From Octopus bimaculoides (Eukaryota), in the NCBI RefSeq assembly GCF_001194135.2, contig NC_069004.1, forward strand, positions 5,999,035-6,051,165: a stretch of DNA of 52,131 nt. Reading direction: 5' to 3'. Under the pieces are notes generated by a model that ran no database searches, was not told the origin of the DNA, and was given only the letters and a program-made list of their open reading frames with translations. Positions within the stretch are counted from its first letter, which is position 1; each line of letters opens with the position of its first letter. A program made the position numbers and the translations under genes. Of this stretch, positions 50,193 through 52,131 are shown in pieces.

Positions 50193-51605
50193 CTCACACA
50201 TACACACGGACATAAATATATGAATGTATGTATATGTGTATATGATAGTTATCGAACCAGAAATCATACAACATCATCCAATATCATACAATTGCTTAGT
50301 GAAATCTTTAACAATGCAGACATAGGTTTTCGCCGCCAAGGACATTTAAAGAGCACATAATTGAAATATAATTCTGCTAGCGGATTGCGATTACATGCCG
50401 CCATCATTCTCGTATAACGACAATCAGCGAAGAACAGTAAAACAGGTAAGCCATAAAGTTGTTGAGTAGTTCAAGAAGTAAAACAAATTAAACACACAGT
50501 AAAGTGTGATATAGTTTATTAAAGCTGCATCAATCGATGTGTGAAATAATCTACAACCATAAAACCGCCCAGATAATACTTAATACAAAACATTCGGTAT
50601 GTATATGTATATATATGTGTGTGTNNNNNNNNNNNNNNNNNNNNNNNNNNNNNNNNNNNNNNNNNNNNNNNNNNNNNNNNNNNNNNNNNNNNNNNNNNNN
50701 NNNNNNNNNNNNNNNNNNNNNNNNNNNNNNNNNNNNNNNNNNNNNNNNNNNNNNNNNNNNNNNNNNNNNNNNNNNNNNNNNNNNNNNNNNNNNNNNNNNN
50801 NNNNNNNNNNNNNNNNNNNNNNNNNNNNNNNNNNNNNNNNNNNNNNNNNNNNNNNNNNNNNNNNNNNNNNNNNNNNNNNNNNNNNNNNNNNNNNNNNNNN
50901 NNNNNNNNNNNNNNNNNNNNNNNNNNNNNNNNNNNNNNNNNNNNNNNNNNNNNNNNNNNNNNNNNNNNNNNNNNNNNNNNNNNNNNNNNNNNNNNNNNNN
51001 NNNNNNNNNNNNNNNNNNNNNNNNNNNNNNNNNNNNNNNNNNNNNNNNNNNNNNNNNNNNNNNNNNNNNNNNNNNNNNNNNNNNNNNNNNNNNNNNNNNN
51101 NNNNNNNNNNNNNNNNNNNNNNNNNNNNNNNNNNNNNNNNNNNNNNNNNNNNNNNNNNNNNNNNNNNNNNNNNNNNNNNNNNNNNNNNNNNNNNNNNNNN
51201 NNNNNNNNNNNNNNNNNNNNNNNNNNNNNNNNNNNNNNNNNNNNNNNNNNNNNNNNNNNNNNNNNNNNNNNNNNNNNNNNNNNNNNNNNNNNNNNNNNNN
51301 NNNNNNNNNNNNNNNNNNNNNNNNNNNNNNNNNNNNNNNNNNNNNNNNNNNNNNNNNNNNNNNNNNNNNNNNNNNNNNNNNNNNNNNNNNNNNNNNNNNN
51401 NNNNNNNNNNNNNNNNNNNNNNNNNNNNNNNNNNNNNNNNTATATATGTATATATATATATACATATGTATATCTATCTGTCTATCTATATGTAAATAGA
51501 TGTATGTATATGCATATATATATATGTGCGTGTGTGTATATGTGTATCTATATATATGTATGCATATATATTTTATAACATGTACACATATGCATACATG
51601 CATAC

Positions 51606-51649
<44 letters not shown>

Positions 51650-52091
51650 TGCCCATATACATATAAACTTATGCTCCTAGAAACATACCCTTATATATAT
51701 ATACATGTATGTTAGTAAATATATATATATATGTATATTTGTATATACATATACGTAAATGCACACCCATATATGCATATGTATAAATAAATACACGCAA
51801 GCACATATACATATATATATATATACATTCGTAAACACATATGCGTTCATGTATAAATATGTATTTATGTATACATGAATGTATACACATTTATAGTGGA
51901 AGACGTAAGTGGAAAAGTAGTCAATAAATATTGCAGTATATAGATAGTTAATTTTAAGCTGAAGGTACCTCGGTCTGAAAACAGTTTGCTGTGCTTCGCG
52001 TTCGTTCCTGTGAGCCTTGAGAAGATGGGAAAATTCTGAGTTGCTCGAAAGCTAAGCAACGACTCTCTCTCTCTCTACCTATCTATCTATC

Positions 52092-52131
<40 letters not shown>

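Overview
AT-rich, microsatellite-saturated animal genomic DNA from a gapped short-read assembly, with roughly 30 N-runs that mostly border (AT)n/(AC)n tracts. The repeat density and tRNA-derived SINE families point to an octopus genome (inference, not verified). I found no confidently supportable host gene: nearly all listed ORFs are translations of microsatellites or N-gaps, and the window reads as intronic or intergenic. Supportable content: a 5' half of a Tc1 transposon, 3' ends of two target-specific-looking LINE types (an R4/Dong-like RLE element in (TAA)n and an L1/Tx1-like element in (TATC)n), a decayed Penelope ORF fragment, and about 20 copies or fragments of three tRNA-SINE families, here labelled A, B and C. 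The most interesting signal is a set of minimal type I hammerhead ribozyme motifs in Penelope-related non-coding repeats, at 17.46 kb (intact, in a ~388-nt directly repeated unit resembling a retrozyme), 23.69 kb (near-intact), 20.75 kb (CpG-decayed) and 38.88 kb (core only). SINE and LINE boundaries are approximate, read by eye.
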